Assembly: GCF_049673105.1 (NCBI RefSeq)
Contig: NZ_JBATXG010000003.1
Location: 21,207 to 85,206 of the forward strand
Source of the DNA: Castellaniella sp.
GTDB lineage: Bacteria; Pseudomonadota; Gammaproteobacteria; Burkholderiales; Burkholderiaceae_B
Length of the DNA stretch: 64,000 nt
Reading direction: 5' to 3'
The notes beneath the pieces were generated by a model. The model made no database searches, was not told the DNA's origin, and was given only the letters and a program-made list of their open reading frames with translations. The position numbers were made by a program, and so were the translations under genes. Below are positions 61,094 to 64,000 of this stretch, in pieces. Position 1 is the stretch's first letter. Each line of letters opens with the position of its first letter.

Positions 61094-62611
61094 TCAGTCC
61101 TCGCGGCGCAGATGCGGGAACAGGATCACGTCGCGGATGTTGGGGCTGTCGGTCAGCATCATGACCAGGCGATCGATGCCGATGCCGCAGCCGCCGGTGG
61201 GCGGCATGCCGTATTCCAGCGCGCGCACATAGTCGGCGTCGTAGTACATGGCTTCCTCGTCGCCGGCGTCCTTGGCGGCCACCTGGGCTTGAAAGCGCGC
61301 AGCCTGGTCTTCGGGATCGTTCAATTCGGAAAAACCGTTGGCGATTTCACGCCCGCAGGCGAACAATTCGAATCGTTCGGTGATGCCCGCCTGGGTGTCG
61401 GATGCTCGGGCCAGGGGCGAGACCTCGATCGGATAGTCGATGATGAAGGTCGGGTGCCACAGCAGGGCTTCCGCCGTTTCTTCGAATAGCGCCAATTGCA
61501 GGGCGCCCAGGCCGGCGTTGGACAACACGGGGCCGTTGACGTCGGCGCCCAGGCGGCGCAGATCCTGGCGCAGAAAATCGATGTCCTGCAGCTGCGCAGC
61601 CGTGTAGGTCGGCGCATATTTCAGGATGGCTTCGGTGATGGTCAGGCGGTCAAAGGTGCGGCCCAGGTCCAGCGGCTGGCCCTGATACGTAAGATCGGTC
61701 GTGCCGCAGACGCGCAGCGCCGTGTCGCGGATCAACGATTCGGTGTAGTCCATCAGCCAGCGGTAGTCGGTGTACGCCGCATAGAATTCCATCATGGTGA
61801 ATTCCGGGTTGTGGCGCGGACTGACCCCTTCGTTGCGGAAGTTGCGGTTGATCTCGAAGACCCGTTCAAAGCCGCCGACGATCAGGCGTTTCAGATACAG
61901 TTCCGGCGCGATGCGCAGGTACATGTCCATATCCAGCGCGTTGTGGTGCGTGGTGAACGGTTTGGCGGCGGCGCCCCCTGGAATCGGGTGCAGCATCGGG
62001 GTTTCGACTTCCAGGAAATCGGCGTCCGACATGAGCTGGCGGATGGCGCTGACGATGCGGCTTCGGGCCAGGAAAGTCTGGCGCGTTTCTTGCGTCATGA
62101 TCAGGTCGACGTAGCGCTGGCGGTAGCGCAGTTCCTGGTCGGCCACGCCGTGGAATTTGTCGGGCAGCGGGCGCAAGGATTTCGACAACAGGCGCAGCGA
62201 TTCCACGCGCAGCGACAGTTCGCCTTTGTTGGTTTTGAAGACCTGGCCCTCGGCGCCCACGATGTCGCCGATGTCCCAGGACTTGAAGGCCGCATAGGTC
62301 TCGTCGCCCAGCACGCCCCGATCCAGGTACAGCTGCAGGCGGCCCGTGGCGTCCTGCAGCGTGGCGAAGCTGGCCTTGCCCATGACGCGCTTGAGCATCA
62401 TGCGTCCGGCCACGCGCGCGCGGCGGTTCTGGGCCAGCAGGGCATCGGCGTCCAGCGCGCCGTAGTCCTCGTGCAAGGTCGCGGCATGCGTGTCGGGCTG
62501 GAAGTCGTTGGGGTAGGCGGGGCCGGCCTCGCGCAGGCTGGTCAGCTTGGCGCGCCGTTCGGCGATCAGGCGGTTTTCGTCGGGAGTGTGGGATTCTGTC
62601 TGCGCGGTCAT
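61094..62611 (-). CDS. lysS: Lysine--tRNA ligase (class II)
   Basis: 505 aa with an OB-fold anticodon-binding N-domain and class II motifs (FRNEG, GGxGIGIDRLxM). Confidence 0.95.
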   Translation of the reverse strand: MTAQTESHTPDENRLIAERRAKLTSLREAGPAYPNDFQPDTHAATLHEDYGALDADALLAQNRRARVAGRMMLKRVMGKASFATLQDATGRLQLYLDRGVLGDETYAAFKSWDIGDIVGAEGQVFKTNKGELSLRVESLRLLSKSLRPLPDKFHGVADQELRYRQRYVDLIMTQETRQTFLARSRIVSAIRQLMSDADFLEVETPMLHPIPGGAAAKPFTTHHNALDMDMYLRIAPELYLKRLIVGGFERVFEINRNFRNEGVSPRHNPEFTMMEFYAAYTDYRWLMDYTESLIRDTALRVCGTTDLTYQGQPLDLGRTFDRLTITEAILKYAPTYTAAQLQDIDFLRQDLRRLGADVNGPVLSNAGLGALQLALFEETAEALLWHPTFIIDYPIEVSPLARASDTQAGITERFELFACGREIANGFSELNDPEDQAARFQAQVAAKDAGDEEAMYYDADYVRALEYGMPPTGGCGIGIDRLVMMLTDSPNIRDVILFPHLRRED

Positions 62612-62682
62612 GTCGGAAAATCAGTCGATCGTGGAAGGAGACCGGACGGCGGACGCCGGCCCGGTCTGAGCATGGCGGGGGC

Positions 62683-63787
62683 TTAGACCCCTTGTTTCAG
62701 GCTGGCGGTGATGAACGGGTCCAGATCGCCGTCCAGGACTTTCTGCGTATTGGAGATTTCCACCCCGGTGCGCAGGTCTTTGATGCGGCTCTGGTCCAGC
62801 ACGTAAGAACGGATCTGGTGCCCCCAGCCCACGTCGCTCTTGGCGTCTTCCAGTTTCTGCTGTTCGGCCATGCGGTTGCGCATTTCCAGTTCGTACAGGC
62901 GGGATTTCAGCATCTGCATGGCTTCGGCGCGGTTGCGGTGCTGGGAACGGTCATTCTGGCACTGTACAACGATGCCGGTGGGGTTGTGCGTGATGCGCAC
63001 TGCGGAATCGGTCTTGTTGATGTGCTGGCCGCCCGCACCGCTGGCGCGGTAGGTGTCGATGCGCAGATCAGCCGGATTGACCTCTATTTCAAAGGAATCG
63101 TCGATTTCGGGGTAGACGAAGACGCTGGCAAAGGACGTATGCCGGCCATTGGACGAATCGAAAGGGCTTTTGCGCACCAGACGATGCACGCCGGTTTCCG
63201 TGCGCAGCAGACCGTAGGCGTATTCGCCTTCGAATTTGATCGTGGCTGATTTGATGCCGGCGACTTCACCCTCGGATTCTTCCAGGATTTCTGCCTTGAA
63301 GTCCTTGCGCTCGCCATAGTGCAGGTACTGGCGCAGCAGCATGGAGGCCCAGTCCTGAGCCTCGGTGCCGCCCGCGCCTGCCTGAATGTCGACGAAGCAG
63401 TTCATGGAGTCGGCCGGATTGTTGAACATGCGGCGGAATTCCAGGGCTTCCAGGCGTTCGCCCAGTGCGTGGCAGTCGGCCTCGATGGCCTGCAGAGTCG
63501 CGTCGTCATCGTCGTCGCTGGCCAGTTCGAACAGGTCGCGGGCATCCAGCAGGCCGCGTTCCAGCTCGGTCAGCGTCTGGACGATGGTTTCCAGAGACTT
63601 TTTTTCACGCCCTAGTTCCTGGGCGTGAGTCGGGTCGTTCCAGACCTCGGGGCTTTCGAGTTCGGCATTGACGACGTGCAAGCGTTCGGCTTTGGCATCG
63701 TAGTCAAAGATACCTCCGAAGAATGGCCTGGCGCTCCAGATAGTCCTCGATGTGGGTGCTGATCTGGTTCTGGCGTTCGGCTTCCAT
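62683..63787 (-). CDS. prfB: Peptide chain release factor 2, expressed through a programmed +1 frameshift. Frame 0 runs 63787..63707 and the +1 frame runs 63705..62683.
   Basis: ORF1 [27 protein letters not shown] ends at CTT TGA C, which is preceded by the SD-like GGAGGT. The +1 frame continues DYDAKAERL... and carries the SPF and GGQ (GAGGQHVN-like GAGGQHIN) motifs. Confidence 0.92.
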
Positions 63788-63885
63788 GCGGGTTTCCTTT
63801 TTTCTGATACTGCGAAGATAATCTACCATTTTAACGCGCTGGGGCATCGGCATCGAGACCGGCCTGAAGCAGCCAGGAGAGTCGC

Positions 63886-64000
63886 ATGGAAGAAGAGCAG
63901 GGCGCAGCTAGACAGGTGCCGGCGCCGCGGGCCGGTTCTACGCTGTTGGACCGCCGGGCGAGCCTCTTCGAGGGGCCGGTCGGGCGGCTGCGGGATCTGT
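63886..64000 (+). CDS. 5' end of an unidentified ORF (MEEEQGAARQVPAPRAGSTLLDRRASLFEGPVGRLRDL...), truncated by the window edge
   Basis: The ATG at 63886 is preceded by AGGAGAG. The frame is open to the window end and GC3 is high. No homology could be judged from 38 codons. Confidence 0.3.
   Translation, partial: MEEEQGAARQVPAPRAGSTLLDRRASLFEGPVGRLRDL

Overview
High-GC (roughly 63-65% by eye) chromosomal segment. Gene content and synteny look like a betaproteobacterium of the Alcaligenaceae type (Bordetella/Achromobacter-like); that assignment is inferred from recalled protein similarity and no search was run. The window is almost entirely housekeeping core genome, tightly packed on both strands. 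In order it holds: the putA 3' end and ppiC; a five-gene Liv-type amino-acid ABC importer; the conserved block ribF-ileS-lspA-coaBC-dut; purN; an RsmB-family RNA methyltransferase; a DesA-type desaturase translationally coupled to uvrD; a five-gene operon of an AhpD-like protein, an acyl-CoA-dehydrogenase-fold protein and an NrtA/TauT-type ABC importer; an ABC-F ATPase; prmB-dapE-dapD; an acyl-CoA ligase with an orphan binding protein; an EcsC-family protein; a LysR-linked MexEF-OprN-type RND efflux operon; tRNA-Leu(UAG); tig-clpP-clpX-lon; lexA with an SOS box; an AspC/TyrB aminotransferase; uvrB; a low-molecular-weight tyrosine phosphatase; a MarR-linked efflux operon in the order outer-membrane factor, adaptor, RND pump; iscR-iscS-iscU-iscA; lysS; and prfB with its programmed +1 frameshift. 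I found no CRISPR array, integrase, transposase, phage gene, toxin-antitoxin pair or recognisable defence system, and I cannot support a claim of a new multi-gene system here. Four things most deserve a second look. First, the IscU homologue lacks the canonical Cys37/Asp39 ligands and sits in an isc operon that ends after iscA. Second, a 163-nt near-perfect palindrome fills the ribF/purN divergent intergenic region. Third, the AhpD/ACAD-fold/NrtA-type ABC operon is uncharacterised. Fourth, an intrinsic-terminator-like hairpin lies between a sigma32-like promoter and the lon start codon. Many long ORFs in the supplied track are antisense or alternative-frame artefacts of the high GC content. 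Several true starts were re-placed downstream of the ORF-track start, using N-terminal homology, ribosome-binding sites and stop/start coupling with the upstream gene.
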